NCBI GenBank assembly: GCA_964016885.1
Contig: OZ024743.1
Span: forward strand, 167,090,001 to 167,154,000
Reading direction: 5' to 3'
Source: Eledone cirrhosa
Taxonomy: Eukaryota
Length of the DNA stretch: 64,000 nucleotides
Shown here: positions 23,596 to 36,522 of the stretch, one piece after another
Position numbering within the stretch: position 1 is the stretch's first letter
Layout: each line of letters starts with the position of its first letter
The notes under the pieces: generated by a model
What the model was told of the DNA's origin: nothing
The model's input: only the letters and a program-made list of their open reading frames with translations
The model's database searches: none
Position numbers and translations under genes: made by a program

Positions 23596-25958
23596 CATCA
23601 TCATCATCATCATCACCGTTTTACGTCCGTTCTTCCACGCTAGCATGGGTTAGACGGGTTGTCCTGTTGTGGGCAGTGTCTGGTCGGCTGACCATGCCTT
23701 GCTCATACAGGAACTGATCTGGCTTGATTTCTACAGCTGGATGCCCTTCCTAACACCAACCTCATTTACAGTGTGGGCTGGGTGCTTTTTTGCCGTGGCA
23801 CCTCCACGACTACCTTGCGGTGGGGGGGGGGCATATTGTTTATATGCTTCAGCATGTACCCATGGGAGGTCGGGTACCCTGTATTACTGCGTGACGCCAG
23901 AAGTCACGGTCGTGTGTCATTGACTTTGAGAGGTGTAGTTGGGTAAGGTCGGCTTTTATCACCTCATCCCAAGTCATCTTGGGTCTCCCCACTCCGCGGT
24001 TTCCATCAACTTCTAGTGCTCTGCACCTTTTTATGCAGCTGTCATCCTTCATACGCATCACATGTCCATACCAGCGTAACCGCCTCTCCTGCACGCAGCA
24101 TTTGATTCCTCTTATGCTCAGTCTCTCTCTCAATTCATTTATGCTTTGTCGTTCACGTATATTACTGTTACACATCCATCGGAGCATGCAGGCTTCGTTT
24201 CTCTCTAATCTACGTAAGTCTTCCACCTTCAGTGCCCAGGTCTCACTACCATGCAACATCGCTGTTCGGATACACGCATCATACAGTCTGCCTTTCATTC
24301 TGAGGGAGAGGCCTTTTGCAGCTAGCAGTGGTAGTAGTTCCCTAAACTTCTTCCATCCCGTTCTTACCCTAGTTATTGTACTTTCTGAGCACCCACCTCC
24401 GTTGCTAATTCGGTCACCTAGGTAGCAGAAGCTGTCTACTGTTTCTACAGGGCCCTCCCAGAGATTGGTGGTACTTGTTTCCTGTGGCTGTTTGCTTGCT
24501 GTTTCAGCACAGCTGCTGCATGTGAATCCTACATTCTTAATTAAGCTTCCTGAGATCCCGCTACATCTCTTGTGTACCCATTGTTTGCATTTGGGGCAAA
24601 GAATGGAGTTCCTACCTACACCTTTCCTACATACTGAGCAAGGCCATTTCCCTGAGGGGATCTGGGTTCTGTTTTCTCGTCTACTTATAAGGACCTTAGT
24701 CTTTGTCATGTTGACTTTGAGGCCCTTTCTCTCTAGTCCCTGCTTCCAGGTTTGGAATTTATTCTCTAGTTCTACCATAGATTCAGCTATGAGTGCGAGG
24801 TCATCAGCATACAGGAGTTCCCATGGGCATCCGGTCTTAAACTCCTCCGTTATTGCCTGCAGGACTATGATGAACCGGAGAGGGCTAAGAACAGAGCCCT
24901 GGTGGACCCCAACCTGTACGCTAAATTCCTCGCTATACTCATTGCCAATCCTAACTTTGCTGACTGCTCCCCTATACATGGCTTGTACCGCTTTCACAAG
25001 CCATTCATCTACTCCTAGTTTTCTAAGAGCCCACCAGATTACTGCACGTGGAACTCTGTCAAAGGCTTTCTCAAGGTCGACAAATGCCAAGTAGAGTGGC
25101 TTACTTTTAGCTAGGTACTTTTCCTGTAATTGCCTCACAAGGAAGAGCGCATCAGTGGTGCCTTTCCCTGGTACAAACCCAAATTGCATCTCGTCTATAT
25201 TCACCCGGTCCCTAATCAGCTGTGCTATAACTCTTTCTGTTACTTTCATGACCTGGTCCATCAACTTTATACCTCTATAGTTTCCTCTATCTAGTGCATC
25301 GCCTTTACCTTTGTAGCAGTTGACAATGATGCTACTGCACCAATCTTTTGGTATGGCCCCCTCTAGTATTACCTGGTTAACGATACGTGTGGTTATAGTG
25401 TGACCTACAGACCCAGATGCCTTCAGCATCTCGGCAGCTATACCCGATGGACCGGTTGCCTTCCCTATCTTCATATCTCTGATTGCCTTACTTACTACGC
25501 TGCCGCTGACTTGTACTGCTGGTCCCTCTATAGGGTCTACGTGGGGTAGGGTCTCTTCTTCCCATGCATTCTCCTCATTTAGTAATCTATCATAATGACT
25601 CTTCCATGCATCTTTCTTCTCAGCACTTGTGAGGGCAAGCTCACCTTTATCATTCCGGATACACTTCTCTCCAATGACATCACAACTATCTCTGACACAC
25701 TGCCTCGCAATCTTGAATACCTCCTGTTTCTGGTCCTCACGTTGTAAAACATGCTTGAATTTTCTATCCTCTGCTTCCCTCCTAGCTAAGTATACTTGTC
25801 GCCTAGCTTCCCTCTTGGTCTCTATGTAATGTACCCTGCTCCCCCCGTTCTTCCATTCTTTCCATGCCTGTCTCTTGGCCTTGACTGCTTCATCTACCTT
25901 ATTGTTCCACCACCAAGTCACTCTCCTCCTGCTTGAGGTCTTACTCCAGCCACAAACC
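23596..25958 (-). mobile_element. 5'-truncated RTE LINE (subfamily C) with uninterrupted 690-aa RT frame
   Basis: ORF 23849-25921: RT motifs, LLYADD, PHD-like insert, C-terminus. No endonuclease part. (GAT)n tail. Confidence 0.96.
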
Positions 25959-27202
25959 TAGCAGATAATATTAAAAAACTGGTTTGTCAATTCAAAAGTT
26001 TGTAGTGGACAGATCACTGTGAACATTTGTATTATCACTTAACATTTAAAAACAGGTTTCTTAATTCAAATGTTTTTTGTATCTATACTAGTAGACAGAT
26101 CATTGTGGAAATTTTCAATTAAACTAGAGTGGAGACTAATTTTTAATGCGATGCAGTCTTAGTGCTGTTCTGTACTTTCCAAGAATGTTTTGCTAATGTA
26201 ATTTAATGAAGTACAGAACATGAAGAGTTAATGAATATGTCCTTTTTAAAAAAGATAATGTGTAGTTTTAGAAATATTTGGCTGCTATTTCTGGCATGTT
26301 GAGTGACCCCCATAGTTTCTGTTCTTGATGGTTACAGCTTGGTGAACTGGGTCATTGAGATGACAGGATATGAAACACTAATTCTTTGATTGTTTGACAC
26401 TTCTCTTCTCTATCACACATTACCACTACTGTCTAAAAAAAATTATTTCCCTTCTTCCTTTCTCTTTATTATCTAAGTATTTGTCTATTTTACACCTCCT
26501 TTATGTGAAAGCATTTTCAGAGGAATCCTCCTTAATTGACTAAACATCACTGCTGGCTGGTTAACCATTCAGCTAATCAGATTTGTTTGCACAAGCACAG
26601 CTGACATGTAGCTTATTAACAACTAAATGAAGCCATAAATTTAATTATGTACCAACTTCAATAAAGATTCTTTCTACTGAGTGTAACAGATTCATGCTGC
26701 TGTCAACTGAACTACCATCACTATCATCATCTGTATATGAATTACTTCTTGTTCTTTTTTGTTTTGTTTTTTTTACCTTTTTTCATGAAATACACTCTAT
26801 TTCAGTTAATTAATGAAGAATCTTGAAGGATTTACTAAAATTATTATTTCATTATTAAATTAGTAACTTTTTACATAAAATCATGTTGGAAGATTTTAAT
26901 TTAACAGAAACCTTTGAAAATTAGTGGTTTTGTTTCATAGACACAGAGTTGGTTTTCACTGGATTGGTAACAAACAGGTTATAGCACCAACTACCTGTTG
27001 AGTCATTGTGCACTCTCAATAGTTAACTCTCTGGCTTAGATGAGATAAATTTGTGCAACTTAGATTTATAAAGTTATCTGTTGCATTTTTGTGCACTCAT
27101 TGATTAAATATCATACTTAAACAAGCTAAAATTGTACTGTCTAGGTTTTTATGTATCTATCTATGACACACACACATGTATAACACATGTGTAACGTGTT
27201 CG

Positions 27203-27878
27203 CATAACAGGTATGTGCAAGTGTGTAACATTCATATGCATAACAGGTCTGTGCAAGTGTGTAACATTCATATGCATAACAGGTATGTGCAAGTGTGTAA
27301 CATTCATATGCATAACAGGTCTGTGCAAGTGTGTAACATTCATATGCATAACAGGTATGTGCAAGTGTGTAACATTCATATGCATAACAGGTCTGTGCAA
27401 GTGTGTAACATTCATATGCATAACAGGTATGTGCAAGTGTGTAACATTCATATGCATAACAGGTATGTGCAAGTGTGTAACATTCATATGCATAACAGGT
27501 CTGTGCAAGTGTGTAACATTCATATGCATAACAGGTATGTGCAAGTGTGTAACATTCATATGCATAACAGGTCTGTGCAAGTGTGTAACATTCATATGCA
27601 TAACAGGTCTGTGCAAGTGTGTAACATTCATATGCATAACAGGTATGTGCAAGTGTGTAACATTCATATGCATAACAGGTCTGTGCAAGTGTGTAACATT
27701 CATATGCATAACAGGTCTGTGCAAGTGTGTAACATTCATATGCATAACAGGTATGTGCAAGTGTGTAACATTCATATGCATAACAGGTCTGTGCAAGTGT
27801 GTAACATTCATATGCATAACAGGTCTGTGCAAGTGTGTAACATTCATATGCATAACAGGTATGTGCAAGTGTGTAACA
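27203..27878. repeat. 36-bp minisatellite, about 19 copies
   Basis: Unit CATAACAGGT(A/C)TGTGCAAGTGTGTAACATTCATATG. Confidence 0.98.
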
Positions 27879-28272
27879 TGATAAGCATAACATAGATATG
27901 CACACGTATGCATAACACATGTACATACATGTACGCATAACCCAAGTACACACACGTATGCATAACACAGGTATGCACACATACATATATATACACACAC
28001 ATGTATGCACACACACACACATTATATATATATGCATGCACACACATTTATGTCCTGGGCTTGCTGACTGAGTTTTGAGTAAATCGTATTTACATTTTGA
28101 TTTTTTAAGTTATTCCTGTAGACATCTTCGATGCATATATTTCTCTTGTCTACTTAACACTAGAGAGACTTAGTGCTGAAAACTGTCATCACTTTAGAAT
28201 ATTTATGAATCATAACAGAATTATTAACTTTGAGACTTTCGCATTTCAGCTGTGATTACAGGTTTTGCAGTT

Positions 28273-28471
28273 ATGGATAATAAATGGGCTTGTTATCGCT
28301 GTACTTACAAGAATTCACCCCTTAATCTAAGATGTATAATGTGTGAGACTTTAAGAGAAACTAACCCCAACACTGGAAAATGGAAATGTTTAGCTTGTTT
28401 GTTCCCTGGCAACCCACTTTGGTGTCAGTCATGTGAGTCTTGTAGAAAGTTCCGGGATGACTTGTTGGCAT
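28273..28471 (+). CDS. SOL/calpain-15-like gene, first identified coding exon (RanBP2 zinc fingers 1-2)
   Basis: Acceptor tttcag|C at 28250 (alternative ttttgcag| at 28271), ATG at 28273. Encodes WACYRCTYKNSPLNLRCIMC and WKCLACLFPGNPLWCQSCESC. Donor T|gtaagt at 28472, phase 1. Confidence 0.85.
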
Positions 28472-29123
28472 GTAAGTTCATTTGTTTATTTGTTTTACAG
28501 AGAACAAAGAAAATACAAAAATTCTATTACTTTGGTACCAGTGCTGATTTAAATATGGTAAAAGCTTAACCCTTTTGTGAACATATTTCTAATAAAACAC
28601 GGTGCTTTATGTTTCCTTTCATTTTGAAATAGGTTTAGTAAAATATGTAAATTAGTAATTTAATTGATGTTTTGAATGTAACATACAAACGATTCTTCCA
28701 TAAAAATATGAATATTTTATAACTGAGTTTTGTATTGTAGTAATAAGGCAGGTTTCAGATGGCTAGGTATTGAAAAGGTTATATTACTGGATCCTGTATT
28801 TGAGGTTCAAGGAAAATAACAAAATTTTATAAGAATTGGCAACATTTACCTTGTGAAAAATCTTTTACTTTGTGATTGTATTGTCATATATCTACAACCT
28901 GATGGCTGACGCTATTCTTCTGAATTTTATTCCAGATATGAATTTTAAATGGTTAACATGACTATATCATAATGCAGTTGTTTTCCACAATTTGAAGTCA
29001 CTTGCCAAATTAGTACTAATCTGAAATAGTAATTGATATTCAAGTATAATTATAAAATAACAAAATTACACACGCTTGTGTAAATAATGATCTCATTAAT
29101 AATTAGGTCTAATTTAATGTTAT

Positions 29124-29307
29124 GGGGGATTGGCAGTATCAATAGAGGGTCAGACGCCATGCTTTGAAGCATAGTTACCTCCCTTTATCATCTGAGTTCA
29201 AATCCTGCCGAGGTTAACTTTGCCTTTCATCCTTAAGGGGTCGATAAAATAAAGCACCAGTAATGCACTGGGGTAATTGCTGGCCTTATGCCAAAAGTAG
29301 AAACAGT
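29124..29307 (+). mobile_element. tRNA-derived SINE, family 1 (intronic)
   Basis: Homologous to 648-831. Confidence 0.88.
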
Positions 29308-30212
29308 TAATTAATAGGGATTATTAACTGAGTTTAATCATTATTTAACTATAAATTATAATAAAACCATAACAAATGAAATACCATTGAAATGTTTGAA
29401 AGACCTCTTTTGACAGTGAGACACTTTGTTGTAGTTGAACATCTCCCTAAATGTGGTTCTGTTTGGTACACATCATTAACCCATTACTAGTTGTATAGCA
29501 TAGGCAGCATATTGGCTGCTTGAGTCATAAGAATGTCAGATAGAATGCTTTACTCCAGCTATCTTTGCCTTGAATTCAAATCCTTCTATGGTTAATTTTG
29601 ACTTTTCATCTTTTCATGTTCGATAATTAAAGTACCATCTACTACTGGCATCTTTGCTATGCAGCAGCATAGTGGAAATATCTAAATCAGTGAAGAGGAT
29701 CATATGGTGTTTTAGCCTGTAACATAATTTGGCATAGGTGAATGTGGATTATGTAGTATAAAATGCAGGTTTGGTAATTTTCTTAGTATGGTCAAAGCAA
29801 GAAGTGTAAAAAATTATGTTTGTCAGGTTGCCAAGCTGTAAGTTGAAATCATTTTATTTGGGAGAAAGGGGCTTATTGTAGGGCTAACCTAGGGATCCAA
29901 ATACACAACTCGATCTTGCAATATGTAGTTGCATCTTTATTTTCTGAGTCCAAATCTTTTTGTTATCTTTACCTGTATATCTCTTGAGAGTCAATAAAAG
30001 AAGTCCCTCAAATGAGTCATCAGTACATGTAATTATACAATGATGTGCTAACAAAAAACTTAAGCTATACCATAGATAACATGTCAATGTTAAAATAGTT
30101 ATATCATGTCTACTAAATTTTTTCTCTGGTTTCTTATTGCTCAGAAACTCATTCGCTATCGTACTAAAATGTATGGAATATATATTTACATGTATTAAAT
30201 GTTCTAAAATAT

Positions 30213-30402
30213 AATTGTTTCTACTTTAGGCACAAGGCCATCAATTACCCAGTACATTACTGGTACTTTATTTTATCGACCCCGTAAGGATGAAAGGCAA
30301 AGTGAACCTCGGCGGGATTTGAACTCAGACTGAAAAGGGACGTAACTATGCTGGAAAGCATGGCGTCCGACTCTCTACCGATACTGCCAATCCACTGCCC
30401 TC
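30213..30402 (-). mobile_element. tRNA-derived SINE, family 1 (intronic)
   Basis: Homologous to 648-831. TSD gttctaaaatat. Confidence 0.9.
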
Positions 30403-30469
30403 GTTCTAAAATATGTTCTAAAATATAATGAAAATTCAATATATTTTTTTTTTATATATACATCCAAAA

Positions 30470-30800
30470 TCCAGGGACTTCTCACTCCTGTTGGAGGAAC
30501 CCCTCCTTGTTTGACCTCCACCGTTCCTATCTTTGGCCATGTGGGGCCGAGGCATCACACCATCTGGCCTTTGGCCACCCTCTGGCTCTTCTTCACTGCC
30601 TTGGTGTCTACTCTGTTGTTCTAATAGTCCACCTGTTTCTGACATGAGAGATGTGGCCAGCCCATCTATGTTTGCTCTTCTTGATGGTCTCGATTATGTC
30701 CTTCGCTCCAGTTTGCTGTCGAATCCAGCAGTTGTTCTTCCTGTCACAGAGATAGTACAGGTTTTCCCCAATAGTTGTATATCTTCCAGCTTTTGACCTA
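30470..30800 (-). mobile_element. 3' fragment of a different RTE-type LINE
   Basis: Translates DRKNNCWIRQQTGAKDIIETIKKSKHRWAGHIS...RGWPKARW. Confidence 0.7.
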
Positions 30801-31319
30801 AAAAAGAAATAAATGATATATTAACCCATGTTGTAGTTGCTCCCAACTCTTCCTGTATGTCTATCTCCTACTATGGGATAACCCACAGGATATTGACTTT
30901 GCTAATGAAGATTTATGTGGTCACCCAAACTGCTGGAAATAACAGCTAAATTGCCCTCAAATCTCACACTATCATCTTAAAGAAAGGAAGAAAACATGTA
31001 TAATTTAGTCTTAGATACATTATGTCTGAAAAAGATGATGGAATGGCTATGGCTGGATTGCCTTTGATCATAGGTTTACTCAATTGGGGCTGACCTGAAG
31101 TTAAATAAAGTTCACTGTGCTACACAAGGCATTAGTTTTGTCTGTTTTTGCAGATGCATTTGTAAGTGTTGACATGGAATGCTTAGAGCAAGGAGTTGCA
31201 TAACAGTTGATGCAATTTTTCCTGTAGCAGTCTTTGCTCAACATTTATTTTGTTATGGAACCTTTATAAGATTTAAAAAAAGATTGGACCCATAATCTGG
31301 ACCCTTGGAAAACAAGAGG

Positions 31320-32360
31320 CAGATTAGTGATCCGTGAGAGTAATACAAGCTATGTACAGGATAGGGGGCACCAGCAAAGTTCAAATCAATAATGAGTACT
31401 GTGAGGAATTCAATGTACAGATGGCGGTTCACCAGGGTTCCATCCTCAGCCTCTTCATTATTGTCCTACAACCAATTCTATGACAGAATTAGAGAAGAAA
31501 TTTCAGGCATGGAGGCACAGCTTGGAAATAAGTCCTCAAAGCCAACCTGGCAAAGACCAAATTCCTAGTGAGCAGAAAAGAAAACAGGGCTCTGATCCCC
31601 TACAGGAAATGGCTCTGCTCAGTATGCAGAAAAGGGGTAGGCAGAAACTCAATCTGGTGTACCAAATGCAAACTCTGGGTACACAAGGGACATAGTGGGA
31701 AAACAGACAGGCTAGCAAAAAACATAGACTTCATATGTGGATGCTGCACAGGGGTAGTAAGAAAAGACCCTAAGGAAGCAAACACAGGTGAGCCCATAGA
31801 AATAGTTGATGGCTTCTGCTATCTGAGTAACCAAATCAGCTGCGGAGATGGTAGCACAGAAAGTACAGTTGCCAGAATAAGAATGGTATGGAAAAAGTTC
31901 AGGGAGCAACTGCTGTTGCTAGCTACAAAAGGTCTCTCATTCAAGATAAAAGGCAAACTGTATGATGTCTTTATATGCACAGCTATGCTCCATGGAAGCG
32001 AAACATGGGCTCTGCCTGCCAAAGATCTATGGAGAAATGAAGCCTGCATGATCAGATGGATGTGTAATAGTAGCATGCATGAACAGCAGAGTGTAAATGA
32101 ATTGAGAGTGAAACTGGGCATAAGAGGGATCAAATGTTGTGTGCAGGAGAGAAGACTGCAGTGGTATGGACATGTGATGCACATGAAGGATGACAGCTGT
32201 ATAAAAAGGGGTAGGGCACTACAGGTTGTAGGACACCCCGAAAGAGGAAGATACAAGATGAAATGATAAAGGCTGAGCTGGCTCAGCTGAACCTCCCAAC
32301 AGAGATGACACAGGACCGAGACCTCTGGCTGACATATGACAAAAGACCTGTGTTGACAAC
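31320..32360 (+). mobile_element. Degraded RTE LINE fragment
   Basis: VHQGSILS, PHD-like CSVC...CTKC..WVH, AMLHGSETW, WYGHVM. The YADD region is deleted. Confidence 0.9.
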
Positions 32361-32449
32361 TCAACCCTGGACCCTGCTCATTATGGTACCACCCAACTTC
32401 ACACAATAAACATGGGTGATGGCAGGACCACCCAGAAACATATCCCCTT

Positions 32450-32925
32450 TATGAGTAAGGCTTGGCATGGCCAACTGGCCCAACCTCCATCATTGTAGGA
32501 CTACCCAAGGCCCACTATGAGCAAGGTATGGCACAGCCAACTGGCCAGACTGCCCTCATATTGTGCAAGGTATGGTGCAGCTATCTAGCCAGACTTTCCA
32601 GTAGTATGGTTCCACTATGTGTAAGGCTTGGCACAGTCAACTGGCCAGACTGCCCTCATAGTGGGTCCACTTGGCTCCCAAACTATAGTTCCGCTGTGAG
32701 CAGGGTACAATGCAGCCAACTGGCTTATCCTTTCCCATAAGAGTGCCACCCAGTTCCACTCTGTAAATGTGGTTATGGCTCCCAAACTATGGTTCCACTG
32801 TGAGCAAGGTACAGTGTGGCCAACTGGCCTGTTCCTCCTCATAACGTTGCCACTCCCAAACTATGGTTCCGCTGTGAGGAGGGTACGGGGCGGCTAATGG
32901 CCATCCCTCCTCATAACAGTGCCAT
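32450..32925. repeat. Imperfect tandem repeats
   Basis: Recurring gagcaaggta...gccaactggcc...cctcata and ctcccaaactatggttcc units. Confidence 0.7.
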
Positions 32926-32949
32926 CCAGTTACACACTAAATGTGGTTG

Positions 32950-34137
32950 GTGTCATGCTCAGCAAAAACGCTACAGAAACCAATGAAATGGTCAAAACTG
33001 CTAATGGACTAACTTTCAGGAATCGGGCAACTGTTTTCCGCTGGCACAGGAGGTTCCAATTGAGTAAACCTATGATCAAAGGCAATCCAGCCATAGCCAT
33101 TCCATCATCTTTTTCAGACATAATGTATCTAAGACTAAATTATACATGTTTTCTTCATTTCTTTAAGATGATAGTGTGAGATTTGAGGGCAATTTAGCTG
33201 TTATTTCCAGCAGTTTGGTAGGAAGCAGGTTTGGGTCAAGGAGAGGTTCATCAGGACTCCAAAGTTGGTCAACAAAATTTTAAAATTTCTGGACGAGAAG
33301 CACCATGCATCTCTTCTGATGATTAATTGCTAAGCAATTTGAAGTGGCTGAGGGCACTGTGCAGAGCCATTCATGATGATCTAAACATGTGCAAAGTTTG
33401 TTATCAGGGTGCTCAATGAAGATCAAAGGCAGAGGCATGTTGATGACAGCAAGAAGATGGTTGAGTAGATCACTTCGAATCCAAGTACCCTTGAGTCTCT
33501 GGTAACCTGTGATGAGAGCTGGGTCTACTGTTATGATCCAGAGACCAAGAGACAGAGTGCCCAGTGGAAACATTCTGACTCCCCAAGACCCAAGAAGGCC
33601 AGGAAAAGTAGGTCCACTGGAAAGCTCTTCTTGATCCCATTCTTTGATGACAAGGGCATCATTTACATCCACTGGGTCCCCCACAGCCAGACAGTCAACA
33701 AAGAGTACTATGTTGAGGTTTTGCAGCAGTTCAGAAAGAGATTTTGTAACAAGAGACCAGAACTCTTCAAGTTTGGTCAGTGGCACCTGCCCCAGGACAT
33801 TGTCCCCTGCCACAAATCCATCCTGGTGACCAACTACTTGGCTGTTATGAGGATCGAGACTGTCCCTATGCGACTTCTGGATATTCGTGAAGCTGGAGGA
33901 AAAGCTCAGGGGTATCAGCTTTAAGAAAGTAGAGGAGATGAAGGAGGCTGTGACAAGCACCCTGGACATCTTCACTTTGAAGGACTACAAGGAGGCCTTC
34001 CAGAAGTGGCTGGAGCACTACAACAAGTGCATTGAAGTTGGAGAGTCCTACTTTGTGGGAGACTAGAGTTTTGTATTGATCTGACTTAAATAAATGTCTC
34101 TCTGATAAAAGTCTCAAAACTTCTTGAGTATACCTCG
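32950..34137 (+). mobile_element. Mariner transposon relic
   Basis: KNATETNEMVKTA...RATVFRWHRRF, VTCDESWVYCYDPETKRQS, FFDDKGII..HWVP..QTVNKEYY. 3' TIR ...ttcttgagtatacctcg followed by TA. Confidence 0.9.
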
Positions 34138-34778
34138 TATTTACCACCACTAACATTCCTTTTGATTTGCAATGTTGCTGCTAAGTAACTATGAAATGTT
34201 GATTTTAAATAAAAATATTTTTGTTCAAATATCACAGGTGAAAATATTAGAAGGAACACTGTCCACTACCCTAATTTTGATAAGACATTAAATGAAACAA
34301 AATTTGTTTCGTCATCATCATCATCATCATTTAACTGTCATCTTCCACGCTAGTTTATATACTAAAAAAGACACTTATTTTGTGGACCCCAGAATATTTC
34401 CCCATAGAACCCATTTTGGAAAACATTGCTCTACACTGACAAATACGCTGCAACAAACCACATTAACTCATAAGGATGACAGGTGCCAACTCCCAAATAC
34501 ATATTTAAAATATCTAAGACATTTTCAGTCAAAATAACATATATGTTTTCCATTTAACTCTTGACATCTTATAATGATTTAGTTGAAAATATTTAGAAGC
34601 AGGAATTCAAATGTGAAAATTTTAGAGTAAAGACTTCAACTTTGAATGTGATGCAACCATTTGACTGTTTTGTACTTTTAAAAAAATGTCTTGCTAATAC
34701 ATGATGTTAATAGTTAATCAGGTGTAATTTTGTTTATTTCAAAAATTATTTTAACACTTGCCTTTTCTTTATATGCAG

Positions 34779-35338
34779 CATGTAAAGACTTAGGATCAAG
34801 CAATTTAAGCAAAGAAGACTCTTGGCAATGCCAGACCTGCACGAGTTTTAATAGTTCTAAAAACACTTCCTGTACAGTGTGTAGAATGGACAATCATTTT
34901 GCTGTAAATTCCAAAAAGACAACATGGACATGTTCTACTTGTACATTTATGAATCTGATTTGTGTGGAACAATGTGAAATGTGTGGTACATCAACTACAA
35001 AAGAGAAGAATTCTTTGATAAATTGGACATGTCCTGTTTGCACTTGTGATAATTCAGACACTCTTACATGCAAATTTTGTCATTCAGAGAAAGTGTTGTC
35101 CAATGTTGTCAAAATGGAGTCCAAATGGCAATGTATGGAATGTATGCATTTGAACAGCAATTCAAGGAAAGAATGTAAGTTATGTAAGTCATATGACAAG
35201 AGTAAATTTGGAGTTGATTCTTCTAATTCCTCAAGTTCAGATGAAGAGCAGAAGAGTTTGCAGACTACTTCTATTATGAAATCCCAAGAAAATGAAATTG
35301 TAAAAATTTGGAAGAACATCTGCCAGTTTTGTGCTGAA
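34779..35338 (+). CDS. SOL/calpain-15-like gene exon (RanBP2 zinc fingers 3-6 plus linker)
   Basis: Acceptor ccttttctttatatgcag|CA completes a TCA codon with the previous exon. Four W-x-C-x2-C-x3-N-x5/6-C-x2-C motifs, then a Ser-rich linker. Donor GAA|gtaagt, phase 0. Confidence 0.9.
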
Positions 35339-36522
35339 GTAAGTAGTGCAAAAAAAAAAAAATGATTTTTTTTTTTTTAAAAACCTATTAGAGTTATAAG
35401 TAAACAATATTTTTTTGTATTCTCAGCAATATGTAAGAAGTATAATGGTTAAATATTTTCAGCAATAAGTATGTGCATTCTATAAAGTGATAGTACTGGT
35501 GCCATGATAAAATGCATTGAATAGACCTTGTAAAATGGTTGTGTTGGTTCCACCTCACACCAACCACTGTAAGATGGTTGGTGTTAGGAATGGAATCCAA
35601 CTGTAGAAACCATATCAAATAGGTAAGATATGAGCAAGATGAGGTCTCTTTAACCCATCTAGTCTCAGACCATGATAACCCATCCAACTCATATCAGCAT
35701 GAAACACATCTAAGAATAATGATGATGTAAGAAATATTGCTGTGATTAAGTATCCTCAGTGGGCTTTACTTTCATAGGCAAGGTGCCCCCAAAAAATCAT
35801 TTGAAAAAAACTGTAACTGTGGTCATCTTAATTTTACAGGGATTTAGGTTTTCATTTAATATGGAGGTTGTTGTTGTTGTGTAGCCTCATGTCAGCTCTG
35901 ATCAAGCAGATCTATGGCATGCAAGCAATCAGTCAAACAACTATGTTTTTCTGATTATACCATGCCTCTGCCTAGCAGAAGGCCACACTGCACACTCTGA
36001 TATGCAGTACTGATGTGTATAAATTATAATGTAACATTTTGAACTTATTGCTTACCCTCCCTCTGTCCAGTCTGTATCTATATACTTCCCAATTTTGGTG
36101 AGTAAGGTAGACACAGTCTGAAAGTGACAATTGCTGTTCCTTTGTACTTATTGTTAGGTTATTGATGTTGCAGTTATTTCAGTGTGAATGTATTTTTTGA
36201 TTTGACTGCTCTGAGTGGGTGAAATGGTAGTATTTTTAGGTTGTTGTTATATTAGTACTCTGGGGTGTTGTATATGTGTCTGAATGTTTTGAGGTAGGTT
36301 TTTTATGTAGTAACAGGATCTGGGAAATTTGAAGTTTACTGTGGTAACAACTGTGCCATATCCATGTCCAGCTTTATTTTTTTTTTTGTGGAGGTGGTCT
36401 GAGCACAACCTGTGGAGATATGTAATTTATTAGCTTGTGTACAGTGTGGTTTGTGGCGAGATTGAAGGCCCAGATGGGACTAGCATAGCCTATAATAGAT
36501 ATGTATAATTTTTTTAAAAATA

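Noticed and set aside
23979-25094. Antisense ORFs over RTE copies, also at 43988-44437 and 62526-63644
   Set aside because: They are shadow frames of the RT coding strand with no independent motifs.
27141-28043. Cys/His-rich repeat proteins, or a CRISPR-like array
   Set aside because: Stop-free frames arise on both strands from a 36-bp unit. There are no unique spacers or cas genes, and the context is eukaryotic.
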